64,000 nucleotides of DNA, taken from positions 1-64,000 of IMG/VR virus record IMGVR_UViG_3300005573_001166; one strand, written 5' to 3'. Origin of the DNA: a virus. Below the pieces are notes generated by a model. It was not told the origin of the DNA, searched no databases, and worked only from the letters and a program-made list of their open reading frames with translations. Each line of letters opens with the position of its first letter. Position 1 is the first letter of the stretch. Shown here one piece after another: positions 34,638-43,694 of the stretch. Position numbers and translations under genes: made by a program.

Positions 34638-35428
34638 TGGCAGAAACTATCTGCCCCTGGGCGATATCAGAAAAAGAGCAATTAAAATGTATTATATCTT
34701 TGATGTCAGATTGTCCTTTTGCAGGAGATAATGTAAAATGTGATATCTTGCAGTTTGCTCCATATGACAAAGAAGCAGAAATGGATATAGTGGAGATATA
34801 CCCTGCTATTTCAGGTGAAGGGGCTTCTACAGGTAAGGTATGTGTTATAGTTCGAACAGCCGGGTGTAATTTAAGGTGTAGTTACTGCGATACAACATAT
34901 GCGTATGAGGGAGGCATTAAGAGGAAAACACAGGATGTTGTAGATGAAGTGCTTTCATATGGAATTAATACAGTGTTGTTTACAGGAGGAGAGCCCTTGT
35001 TAAACAGGCAAATAGCTTCCAACTTCTTGAGGGCTATGTTGGAGTATAATATAGATGTATATGTAGAGACTAATGGATCTGTTGATGTAAGAGGCGTTAA
35101 ATTATTAGCGCATATTGTTTTAGATGTCAAAACTCCCTCATCTGGTATGCATGAGTATATGTACTGGAGAAATCTCGGAGTGATAGGTAATCAAGATGAG
35201 GTTAAATTTGTACTCTCCGATAGAGCTGATTATGAGTATGCTAAAAAGATTATAGAAGAATACCGCTTACCGAATAAAACCCCTTATATATTTTTCTCCC
35301 CTGTATGGAAGGATGATATGTCTTTTGTAAAAGAGTTAGCAGGTTGGATGATAAATGATAAGGTTGTTGCAAGGTTGATGCTGCAGCAACACAAAGTAAT
35401 TTATGGTAAGGATATAAGGAGTGTCTAA
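34634..35428 (+). CDS. queE: 7-carboxy-7-deazaguanine synthase (radical SAM) with Cys-rich N-terminal extension
   Basis: ISGEG, RTAGCNLRCSYCDT, TGGEPL, ETNG and QQHK. Confidence 0.93.
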   Translation: MMAETICPWAISEKEQLKCIISLMSDCPFAGDNVKCDILQFAPYDKEAEMDIVEIYPAISGEGASTGKVCVIVRTAGCNLRCSYCDTTYAYEGGIKRKTQDVVDEVLSYGINTVLFTGGEPLLNRQIASNFLRAMLEYNIDVYVETNGSVDVRGVKLLAHIVLDVKTPSSGMHEYMYWRNLGVIGNQDEVKFVLSDRADYEYAKKIIEEYRLPNKTPYIFFSPVWKDDMSFVKELAGWMINDKVVARLMLQQHKVIYGKDIRSV

Positions 35429-35521
35429 AACCCCTTTTAAAAACCTTTTTTAAAGAGTTTTTTGAGAAAGGGTATGTATTATTCCGACTTTCCTTTCAAC
35501 GGGGGTTTTAGGCCGGTTTTT
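35425..35521 (+). promoter_or_regulatory. conserved intergenic element, copy B
   Basis: CTAAAACCCC...TTTGA...TATGTA...GGGGGTTTTAGGCCGGTTTTT with a terminal inverted repeat; matches 63666-63771. Confidence 0.55.
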
Positions 35522-35545
35522 GGCCGGTTATGGGGGGATTATTTA

Positions 35546-36694
35546 GTGATCACTAAACTTGCTATTACTAATTTTCAAAGCTATGAGAAGGCTGTTATAT
35601 ATCCGGGCAGCATAAATATAATTATAGGTAGGAACAATTCGGGTAAAACGGCTATCTTAAGGGCGTTAAGGCTTTTGTTCTTTAACGAGCCTGAGGGATC
35701 AGACTTTGTTAGGTACGGTGCGAAAGATGCTATTGTAGAGGTAGTATATGACGGGCATGTTATTAAAAGGGTAAAGGGGGCCCAGAATATATACGAGTTA
35801 GATGGCAGTGTCTTTAGCAACTTCGGCAGAGATATACCCCAGGAGATAGTATCTGTTTTAGGTTTTTCTGCTGTAAAGGTTGATAGAAAAGTTTACGAGT
35901 TAAACTATGAATCCGCCCACGAAGCTCCTTTCTTTGTTTCCGAGACGCAGGTAACAGCAGGCAAGATATTCAGTAAGTTGGGAGAAAAAGTGATTGGTGA
36001 TTTGGTTGTTCTAGATTTAGCTATTAATGCAGCTAACAGCGAGCTTAGGAAGTTAAATACAGAGTTAGCTGTTCTGTCTAAGCAGAAGGAGAATGTTTTA
36101 AATGAGGTCTCTAAATACAGTAAGTTGGATGAAATTGATTTACAGGTATGTAGAGATCAACTAATCTTTTATGAGAAGTTGTCCTATCACCTTGAAACAG
36201 TTAAGAATATAAAACAAGAGCTAGATTTATGTGATAAAGACATATTGCTATACGAGCAGTTAATTGATGTAGATGTTGCAAAATTAGAAGAGGATTTTTA
36301 CCTTATGTCTCGTTTGCAGGAGCAGTTAGATATGCTGATGAATGTAGAAGATGAGTTGAACTATATAGAGCGTAATATGAAAAGTGTAAATGAGCTGGTA
36401 AATGTAGATATGTCGGTTTTAGAGTCCCAAATTTTTGAGTTGCAAGGGTTGCAGGAAAGTTTGGCTTCGTTGTCTAAACTACAGCAAGATTTAAGTACTG
36501 TAGACTTTGAAATGTCTAGGGTAGAGAGCCTTATCTCCTCTAACTTGAAGGAATATGAGGCCTCTTTAGAGGATTACAAAAAGTGGCTGGTATTTCAGCA
36601 AAAATGCCCTGTTTGTTACAGAGATATTTCGGAAAGGGATATATATTATATTTTGGAGGAGCTTAGAAATGACAAAAGATCAATTGCTCCATAA
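35546..36694 (+). CDS. Rad50/SbcC N-terminal half (Walker A, coiled coil, zinc hook)
   Basis: ITNFQSY, GRNNSGKT, a long heptad region and CPVC near the C-terminus. Confidence 0.88.
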   Translation: MITKLAITNFQSYEKAVIYPGSINIIIGRNNSGKTAILRALRLLFFNEPEGSDFVRYGAKDAIVEVVYDGHVIKRVKGAQNIYELDGSVFSNFGRDIPQEIVSVLGFSAVKVDRKVYELNYESAHEAPFFVSETQVTAGKIFSKLGEKVIGDLVVLDLAINAANSELRKLNTELAVLSKQKENVLNEVSKYSKLDEIDLQVCRDQLIFYEKLSYHLETVKNIKQELDLCDKDILLYEQLIDVDVAKLEEDFYLMSRLQEQLDMLMNVEDELNYIERNMKSVNELVNVDMSVLESQIFELQGLQESLASLSKLQQDLSTVDFEMSRVESLISSNLKEYEASLEDYKKWLVFQQKCPVCYRDISERDIYYILEELRNDKRSIAP

Positions 36695-36950
36695 GTTGTT
36701 AGAACTGAAAGAAAAGTATGAGCAGTCTGTAGGCAAGGTAACAGATATTTGGCTGCCTTTTGAGTTATTGCAGGTGATCGATGATAGAGATTTTCTTGAC
36801 CGACTTATTTCTCCCGTTTTATTAGGAGAAACTTATATTACAGCGTTTTACCCAGACGAGCCTAATCAGATTAGGATAGCTTTTTTAACTAAATTAGAGG
36901 TAGATGATGAAACTACTAGCACTGACGGACTTACACCTGACATCGAATAA
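36669..36950 (+). CDS. hypothetical protein
   Basis: GGAGG SD. Confidence 0.6.
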   Translation: MTKDQLLHKLLELKEKYEQSVGKVTDIWLPFELLQVIDDRDFLDRLISPVLLGETYITAFYPDEPNQIRIAFLTKLEVDDETTSTDGLTPDIE

Positions 36951-37779
36951 ACCTGTAAGCAGGATAGGCGACTTTATAGCGGATGTAGATGCTAAGTTGT
37001 CTGAAGTAACTAAGATTGCAAAGGAATATAATGTTTCTGCCGTTCTGTGCGCAGGGGACGTTTTCCATAGCCCTAACGTTACATATATTACAGTTGTTCG
37101 GTTTCTTTCCTTTCTAGAGAAATTGGGGGTCAGGTTTATAACTATTACAGGCTCTCATGATTTGTTTGGTAGAAACATGGATGCGCTATATCGAACAGCT
37201 TTAGGTTTATTAGAGAGATTGAGAGTAATAGAATTGTTATATGAGGGGGTGCGACCTACCACTAGAGTAGGCAGTATTACTATAGGTATACCAGGTACTA
37301 TTACAGACATAGAGATGGTACATGGTTCTGTGCTGCCCTTTAAAGATGTAGGGGAATATACGCTTCTACAGGATTATAAAACCAATGCTAAACTAGTGAT
37401 AGTAGGGCATTATCATAACGGTTATCCTATAAGCACTGTAAATGGAACTACGTTTATATGCCCCGGTTCATTAGTTCGAGTTTCTGCTGCAGAGTCAGAA
37501 CTTACCAGAATCCCTAGAGTAGCTATAATAGACGACGATTTTAGTGTAGAGTGGGTTTATCTTAAATCAGCTAAAGCGGGAAAATCTGTACTTTCTGCTC
37601 CTATGGTATACAAGCAACCCGATTTTAAGGGGTTGGTATCTGATTGGAGGGTAAGTAGTATAGAAAACATAGATGCTGCGTCTCTTCTTAAAGAGATAGC
37701 TGCAAAGGAAGGTGTATCGGATCAGGTTCTTGCTTTTGCATTGAACTTTTTGGCTAAACAAGGAGGCGCACATGGGTGA
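36904..37779 (+). CDS. Mre11/SbcD metallophosphoesterase nuclease
   Basis: TDLH, AGDVF, GSHD, GHYH and PGSL. Confidence 0.9.
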   Translation: MMKLLALTDLHLTSNKPVSRIGDFIADVDAKLSEVTKIAKEYNVSAVLCAGDVFHSPNVTYITVVRFLSFLEKLGVRFITITGSHDLFGRNMDALYRTALGLLERLRVIELLYEGVRPTTRVGSITIGIPGTITDIEMVHGSVLPFKDVGEYTLLQDYKTNAKLVIVGHYHNGYPISTVNGTTFICPGSLVRVSAAESELTRIPRVAIIDDDFSVEWVYLKSAKAGKSVLSAPMVYKQPDFKGLVSDWRVSSIENIDAASLLKEIAAKEGVSDQVLAFALNFLAKQGGAHG

Positions 37780-38035
37780 TATATCGGTTATATCCAAAAA
37801 GATAAACAACTTGAAAGCGCAGATTGCAAAGGAGCAGGGGCAGTTAGAGGCATTTAAACAGCGAAGAGAGGTATTAATAAATCAGTTAAGGGCTTTAGGT
37901 ATTACTCCTAATTCTCTGCCTGAACATATTGCTAATATAGAGAGTCAGTTAGAAGATTTGGAGAGCAGGTTAGAGAGGCAGCTTGCAGAGATAGAAGCTA
38001 AAAGGAGAAGTATAGTAGATGAACTTAAGAGATAG
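37772..38035 (+). CDS. coiled-coil protein, probable Rad50 middle segment
   Basis: Heptad pattern throughout; lies between Mre11 and the Rad50 C-half. Confidence 0.65.
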   Translation: MGDISVISKKINNLKAQIAKEQGQLEAFKQRREVLINQLRALGITPNSLPEHIANIESQLEDLESRLERQLAEIEAKRRSIVDELKR

Positions 38036-38645
38036 GTTGGAGGATTTATCGCAATCTTTAGCTGTATTGCAGGGAAAGAGGGAACAGTTAAAAGCTACAT
38101 ATGAGGATTATACCTACAGGGAAGCTGCCATTAAGGAAGAGATAGAGTTGCTTTCCAAAGCGAGAGAGTTATACCAGAAAGGATCTACTGCTTTAAGGTT
38201 GAAGTTATCGGAAAAGTTTGCTGATCTAGCAACTAGAGCACTTAGGTATATTTTTCAGAGAGAAGATATTACCTTTGTTGTGGATTTAGATGTTCGTACA
38301 AATTTACCGGCTGCAACTTTTTGGGTAGAGATTGGAGGCTGTAAGAGGGATCCTAAAGAGGCATTAGGAGGATCTGTATATGAGATCATAGGTTTGTGTT
38401 TGAGGTTGGTGTGTTTAGAGGTTTTTGATCTTAAAGGACCTCTTATGTTAGACGAGCCTTTAAGATCTGTAGACGGCACAAACCTCTCAAATGCTTTAGA
38501 GTTTTTATATGAATACTGCCGTGCTTCTGGAAGACAGCTGTTTATTGTAACGCACAACGATCAGATAGTCAAATCTGGAGATAAGGTTTTTACAGTGACC
38601 CAGAGAGACGGAGTTAGTTTCATAGAGGAGGAAAAATATGTCTGA
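38019..38645 (+). CDS. Rad50/SbcC C-terminal half (signature, Walker B, H-loop)
   Basis: ALGGS, LMLDEP and IVTH. Confidence 0.88.
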   Translation: MNLRDRLEDLSQSLAVLQGKREQLKATYEDYTYREAAIKEEIELLSKARELYQKGSTALRLKLSEKFADLATRALRYIFQREDITFVVDLDVRTNLPAATFWVEIGGCKRDPKEALGGSVYEIIGLCLRLVCLEVFDLKGPLMLDEPLRSVDGTNLSNALEFLYEYCRASGRQLFIVTHNDQIVKSGDKVFTVTQRDGVSFIEEEKYV

Positions 38646-39075
38646 TTATGATTTAGATAGTCAATCTGCAGTATTGTTAGGGATGTCTTATCCAAATTGG
38701 TATAAGATTGTTATACCTGATATTGATAATGTTTTTGGGGCTTTATTGTCTGCGGATATTACTCTAGCTCCCTTTATATACGCTAAGCTGCCTCAAGGGT
38801 TTGACATTTTATCTACTGCTCCTTATTTAGAGGCAAAAGATCCGGTATTAGCGATACAACCGGCAGCAGGAGGGAGGGCTTTACAAGTTATTGCTTTAAC
38901 TCAAATAGGGAAGGTATCTTTTTGTGGTGAGAACGAGCCTACATGTTATATAGCTAGAAACCAGATAACTGTTGTAATTCCTATAAATCCTAAATGCAGT
39001 ACGGCTTCTTTATTAGAGGATACTATAAGGGAAGTTTCTTTAATAGCTCCGGAGCCGTCGTTATTACAGGTATGA
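38638..39075 (+). CDS. hypothetical protein
   Basis: GAGGAGG SD. Confidence 0.65.
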   Translation: MSDYDLDSQSAVLLGMSYPNWYKIVIPDIDNVFGALLSADITLAPFIYAKLPQGFDILSTAPYLEAKDPVLAIQPAAGGRALQVIALTQIGKVSFCGENEPTCYIARNQITVVIPINPKCSTASLLEDTIREVSLIAPEPSLLQV

Positions 39076-39635
39076 AGGTGTTATCTCTTAAAGACATAGA
39101 GAATAGGTTGAATAAGCTGGTTGAAGGAGACTCGACTAGATTAAGAATAGAGGTAAAAGATTCTACATTAAAAGCCGAGTTATCTAGTAAAGTCTATACT
39201 TACTTCATATTTGCTAAAGAGTGGCATGGTTTAGAGGAAGAGAGTTTTACGTATTTAGGAGGTACGTGCCTTCGTAAGGATTTAGCTCCTGGAGAGGAGT
39301 GGCCTGAGGGAACAGATTTGCCGTCAGGCCCATGCGACGAGGAAACGTGGCAGGAAATAGTATACGCAATACTTTCCAACGAGTTAACGACTCCTTTGCA
39401 TACTGATAGCATTGCAGAGCATGTACTTGCAGCAGCTGTAAAAACGCTTACAGATTGTTTAAGAAGTATTTATGCAATTATAGGGAGGGAAACAACTGTA
39501 GAGGACATGAGATCGTTTGTAGTGGATAGTTTGTCCTCTTTTCTCTGCAAAATACCTAAATCTTATTATACTATTCTGTTAACACACGATGACATGTTTG
39601 TAAGGGAGGCAGCAAGAAAGGCGGTAAAGGTGTAA
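39072..39635 (+). CDS. hypothetical protein with C-terminal HEAT-like motif
   Basis: ATGA coupling at 39072. Confidence 0.65.
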   Translation: MKVLSLKDIENRLNKLVEGDSTRLRIEVKDSTLKAELSSKVYTYFIFAKEWHGLEEESFTYLGGTCLRKDLAPGEEWPEGTDLPSGPCDEETWQEIVYAILSNELTTPLHTDSIAEHVLAAAVKTLTDCLRSIYAIIGRETTVEDMRSFVVDSLSSFLCKIPKSYYTILLTHDDMFVREAARKAVKV

Positions 39636-39636
39636 C

Positions 39637-40155
39637 ATGAAACCAGGTAGAGGCAAAGCTAAAGGGCGTTCTTTTGAAAACGAAGTAGCTAAACTGCTTA
39701 CAGAGTGGTCTGGGGTAACTTGGAAAAGGGTTCCTATGTCTGGAGGTTGGCATAAAGACATAATAACGGGAGATATATTTTGCAGTGCTGAGTATGAGAA
39801 GGGGTCTACCATAAGAGTGCCTATCTCTATAGAGATAAAGAAACAAGAATCCTTTAACATAATACACCTATTCAAAGAGACTACCGGATTGGTAGACAGT
39901 TGGTGGGAGCAAGCAACGACAGATGCCAAAAAAGCATCTAAAGTACCTGTAGTGATATTCTCAAAAAACTATTGCCCTGTATTTATAATAGCACCGACTA
40001 AATTACTCAACAGGATTTCAAATCTTTATAAAAAGAGAGGTCTTTTTGATAATCTATGTCAAATTCGGTGCTTTTTAAGGGGGGAGGCTGTTACTATTTT
40101 GTTGTTAGATGATTTTCTAGAGAAGGTTGAGTTTAAGGTTTTGTTACAGGTTTGA
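39637..40155 (+). CDS. Holliday junction resolvase, Hjc-like PD-(D/E)xK nuclease
   Basis: KGRSFENEVA, RVPMSGG, GDI and IEIK. Confidence 0.85.
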   Translation: MKPGRGKAKGRSFENEVAKLLTEWSGVTWKRVPMSGGWHKDIITGDIFCSAEYEKGSTIRVPISIEIKKQESFNIIHLFKETTGLVDSWWEQATTDAKKASKVPVVIFSKNYCPVFIIAPTKLLNRISNLYKKRGLFDNLCQIRCFLRGEAVTILLLDDFLEKVEFKVLLQV

Positions 40156-40705
40156 TAGGTTTTAGTTTTAGTTGTCTTGTATTTACGCAAGACCATCCGG
40201 GCAATTTATTTCTTTTCAACTTTGCATAGTCCAAATTATGTTTTCTACAAAAATCTGCTAAATTAGTTATATACCTTTCCACTCCTTTTCTTGTTACTAT
40301 CCACCTATTACTTACTTTTTTACACATTTGTTGTTTCTCGGGGGACGCGTAAAAACATCGCCAACCTTTGTAAGGTTTATAAGACAAAGCAGATTGTCTT
40401 ATATTTTGATAGGGAAGGTTGTTGCGTTTACAGAATTTGAGTAGGTTTAAAGTCAATATTTTTTTGCCTTCAGGTGTAAGTATTACCCATCCCCTTTTTT
40501 TCACATGCTCCCTCATTCTTTTAGCTGCTTCTTCCCTCCTAACAGGGTCGGCATATACGCATTTCCACCCTTTGTGATGCCTCGTCTTTCCGGTTGCTAC
40601 AGATCTCAGGCATTCGAAGTTTAAGCCATGCTCTATTGCAAATTTAGTTAAGCCTTTTACCTCATATTGGTTCCCCTTAGGATCCGTTACTATGAAATTA
40701 TACAT
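40133..40705 (-). CDS. protein of three NUMOD1-like DNA-binding repeats, no nuclease domain recognised
   Basis: Three repeats of T-x-P-x-G...L-x-KFC...L-x-Y...KGW-x-C; AGGAG SD. Confidence 0.7.
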   Translation of the reverse strand: MYNFIVTDPKGNQYEVKGLTKFAIEHGLNFECLRSVATGKTRHHKGWKCVYADPVRREEAAKRMREHVKKRGWVILTPEGKKILTLNLLKFCKRNNLPYQNIRQSALSYKPYKGWRCFYASPEKQQMCKKVSNRWIVTRKGVERYITNLADFCRKHNLDYAKLKRNKLPGWSCVNTRQLKLKPIKPVTKP

Positions 40706-40731
40706 TGGCGTTTTTCTCCTTTCGTAATATT

Positions 40732-40780
40732 ATTATACACAAAAGCGTAGGTTGATCTAAGCAAGCTTTATGTGTATAAT
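40732..40780. promoter_or_regulatory. sigma70-type promoter TTGATC-N17-TATAAT (plus strand) inside an inverted repeat that gives a mirrored TATAAT on minus
   Basis: -35 at 40752-40757, -10 at 40775-40780; arms ATTATACACA-AAAGC and GCTTTATGTGTATAAT. Confidence 0.7.
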
Positions 40781-40836
40781 TAAGAGTAGTAGGAAGGCTG
40801 CGGGTCTTGTCAAAAATAGATTTTTAAGGAGGAAAT

Positions 40837-41463
40837 ATGGGGAATACACAAACACTTCCGTCTCATGTATTACCTACAGATTCTAGGAATCGTGTTGATT
40901 CTAGTCCTGTAAGGTATGAGGTAGTAAGGATGATATCGGATGGAATGTCTTACGAGCAGATTTCTGCAAACTTGAAAAGCTTTTTTGGCGTGGATTTTGG
41001 TGTTAGTACTATTGCAGAGTTTAAAAAGGGGTGGTATCCTTACTACGAAGAGCTTATCGATAAGTGGGATAAATCTAGGTATCCTTCTTTAATAGCTAAG
41101 TTATCTACTGCTGTTAAGGAGAGGGCCCAAAATTTGGCTCAAGAGGTTGTTGAATTGCAGAAAATGATTCAGCTAATAGACGATCGCATTAAGGAGATAC
41201 AAGACAATAAGGAAAGTAGTATAGGACATGAGAGGGTTTTAAATGATTATATTAAGACGAAGGCAGCCTTATTAGAAAGAGCTACAAAACTTGTAGGAGC
41301 ATCTGGGTTAGAAGGTAAGCTTAAGAACGTTGTAAAACAAACTGCATTAGCTGCTCAAAGGTCCCTAATTCCTTATCTGAAAGAAGAAGACAAAGCGAAG
41401 GCGTTTGCTTTATTTGAGCAGGAAATATCTTCTATACTAAATAATATAGAGGCAGGTTTTTAG
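40837..41463 (+). CDS. probable terminase small subunit
   Basis: N-terminal HTH-like segment plus helices; immediately upstream of TerL. Confidence 0.55.
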   Translation: MGNTQTLPSHVLPTDSRNRVDSSPVRYEVVRMISDGMSYEQISANLKSFFGVDFGVSTIAEFKKGWYPYYEELIDKWDKSRYPSLIAKLSTAVKERAQNLAQEVVELQKMIQLIDDRIKEIQDNKESSIGHERVLNDYIKTKAALLERATKLVGASGLEGKLKNVVKQTALAAQRSLIPYLKEEDKAKAFALFEQEISSILNNIEAGF

Positions 41464-41470
41464 GTAAGAT

Positions 41471-43450
41471 ATGGAACTAAACAGCGAAGATATTTTAGTA
41501 GAGTTAAGACAATTTAGGAATCAATTAGAAGATCCGGAAGATAGTATATGGAGAGAGCATCCTGTACTTCTGAGAGAATTTGTAGAGTCTCCTGAGTACT
41601 GTAACTTACCCTCTTTAACCCCTATACAGTACAGGGATGCTGTTGCTGTGTTAGGGGACGATCCCAAGAAAATGTTTGATGTTAAAGAGAATAACGGTAT
41701 CAATATAGCAGTACTACTTTGGGGGAAAGGATCTGGGAAGGACTACTTGACATCTATAATACAATTGTATTGTATTTATGTAATACTGTGCTTAAGAGAA
41801 CCCCAGATATACTTTAATCAGGCACCGGGAGAACCTCTAGATGTTATAAATGTTGCATATAGCGGAGAACAGGCAAGAAATGTATATTTCACTAAGTTTT
41901 TGGAAAGATTAAAGAGGTGTAAGTGGTTTAGTACTCATTTTAACATTTTCCAATCTGGTAGGTTAGTTGCTAAGCGCAATCCTAATGCTTTAGGTAACAT
42001 ACAGATTGGAGCCTCAATGGTAACTTTTCCGCATAACGTTAGAGCTATTTCCGAGTCTTCCGAAAATGAGAGTTATGAAGGTTATAATATTATAGTATGG
42101 ATCATGGATGAAGCTTCTGCATTTAAGTCATTGAAACGTATAGAGAATGCAGGAAGTATATATAACACCCTGAAAACGTCTGCTAATACCCGATTCGCGA
42201 ATAGGTGGAAAGGCTTCGTATTATCGTACCCCAGAGCAGAAGAAGATTGGGATTTTACTATAAAGCTGTTTAAAGAGTCTAAGCTGCCTACCTCTACCAA
42301 CATGTACAGCAGTAGACATGCATCTTGGGAGGTTGCTCCTAAGTCTCTATATCCTGGAGGCACTTTTAAATTTAGATATGAAGTCGGTGAGCAGGCAATA
42401 GAGCTAGATGTACCTACCTGTTTACGAGAGGAATTTGAGAAGTTTCCTGAGAAATCTTTAAGCACTTATTGTTGTATTCCAGTAAGAGCAGAGGGCGCGT
42501 TTATTGAGGCTCCCGGTATAATTTCAAAAGTTTTCAGCGACAGAGAACCTATTTTCCTTGTAGAGTCTATAATACTTGAGACTGACTCCTCCTCCGGAAC
42601 CCCTTTTAGAAGTTTAGGCTATAGAATCGTAAAGTGGAATCAACTTTTATTCGATAAAAGTAAAAGATATGTAGCTCATATAGATTGTGGATTAAGTCAA
42701 GATAGGGCAGCTTTAGTAGTAGCACACGGGGAATACTCTTTAGTTGAAATGTTATATAGTGACGGCCATACAGAAAAACATTGGGTTCAAAAGGTGGTAG
42801 AAGATGCACATGTTGTTTATGAACCTGATCCGAAGAGTAATTTAAGAGTCTCACTTAACAATATTGCAGATTTGTTGCTTGATATAGCTGCTGTTGTTCC
42901 TTTAGCTGCAGTTACGTTCGACCACTGGCAATCAGCTTCCTTAGTAGAGACTTTGACGTTTAAGGGTTTGAGTGTAAAAGAGCATAACATAAATAGAGAT
43001 GACTATGAGTTATTAAAAAGCCTTATATATACAGGTGATATAGATTTACTTAGATCTGATCTAACGGAGAAGGAATTGTATCAATTAAGAAGAGTGGGAG
43101 GTAATATAGACCATCCGCAGGGAGGGAGTAAGGACCTTGCAGACTGTTTAGCAGGTGTAGTTAGGCTGTTGGTAGGGAATACTAGAGTTACAGAACCCAA
43201 AGGGGAGATAAAATCAGTACCTGTAATCGCTCCTGCATATACACACAGCCCAACTGATTTTAAGGTAGGTCCGAGTACAGGTGTTGTAGGCAAACCTAAA
43301 ACAACTAATATTTCTCCCAAACTTCCAGAGATACCTTCTCTAGACAGTTTTAGAAGGCAAGATTATCCTTCTGCCCGTACATTTACAAACCAGTCCAGTT
43401 ACGCACGTAACGGAAAGATATATTCCCCTAGAATAAAGGAGTTAAGATAG
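41471..43450 (+). CDS. terL: terminase large subunit
   Basis: WGKGSGKD, WIMDEAS, HIDCGLSQD, FDHWQS and IDHPQGGSKDLAD. Confidence 0.9.
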   Translation: MELNSEDILVELRQFRNQLEDPEDSIWREHPVLLREFVESPEYCNLPSLTPIQYRDAVAVLGDDPKKMFDVKENNGINIAVLLWGKGSGKDYLTSIIQLYCIYVILCLREPQIYFNQAPGEPLDVINVAYSGEQARNVYFTKFLERLKRCKWFSTHFNIFQSGRLVAKRNPNALGNIQIGASMVTFPHNVRAISESSENESYEGYNIIVWIMDEASAFKSLKRIENAGSIYNTLKTSANTRFANRWKGFVLSYPRAEEDWDFTIKLFKESKLPTSTNMYSSRHASWEVAPKSLYPGGTFKFRYEVGEQAIELDVPTCLREEFEKFPEKSLSTYCCIPVRAEGAFIEAPGIISKVFSDREPIFLVESIILETDSSSGTPFRSLGYRIVKWNQLLFDKSKRYVAHIDCGLSQDRAALVVAHGEYSLVEMLYSDGHTEKHWVQKVVEDAHVVYEPDPKSNLRVSLNNIADLLLDIAAVVPLAAVTFDHWQSASLVETLTFKGLSVKEHNINRDDYELLKSLIYTGDIDLLRSDLTEKELYQLRRVGGNIDHPQGGSKDLADCLAGVVRLLVGNTRVTEPKGEIKSVPVIAPAYTHSPTDFKVGPSTGVVGKPKTTNISPKLPEIPSLDSFRRQDYPSARTFTNQSSYARNGKIYSPRIKELR

Positions 43451-43451
43451 A

Positions 43452-43694
43452 GTGACTATGATTAATATAGCATACTTTTTAAAAGACGTATCTGAAGAGC
43501 TGCAAAACTGTGAACAATACTTACGCAATTATGTGATAGATTTACAACTTCTTCGGAAAAGTATTGAAGACTTAGAGGCTTTTATATCAGAGTTAGAAAA
43601 ATCTTCTGAATACAAGTTAGAATACTATGAAAGTTACGGAATTCCAGAAGATGAGGATATCGAGGATATTGAAGGAGAGGATGAGAATGGCTAA
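43452..43694 (+). CDS. small acidic coiled-coil protein
   Basis: ORF in operon. Confidence 0.55.
   Translation: MTMINIAYFLKDVSEELQNCEQYLRNYVIDLQLLRKSIEDLEAFISELEKSSEYKLEYYESYGIPEDEDIEDIEGEDENG

Noticed and set aside
19977-35428. Interpreting folE/que/recA/nusG/HU as a host chromosome segment for tRNA queuosine synthesis
   Set aside because: The genes are interleaved with phage replisome genes and contiguous with terminase and portal. No queF, queA or canonical zinc-binding tgt is present.
15488-43450. Inteins or introns in DnaB, PolA, NrdJ, RecA or TerL
   Set aside because: Lengths are normal and motifs contiguous. No intein-like insertion or LAGLIDADG block was seen.
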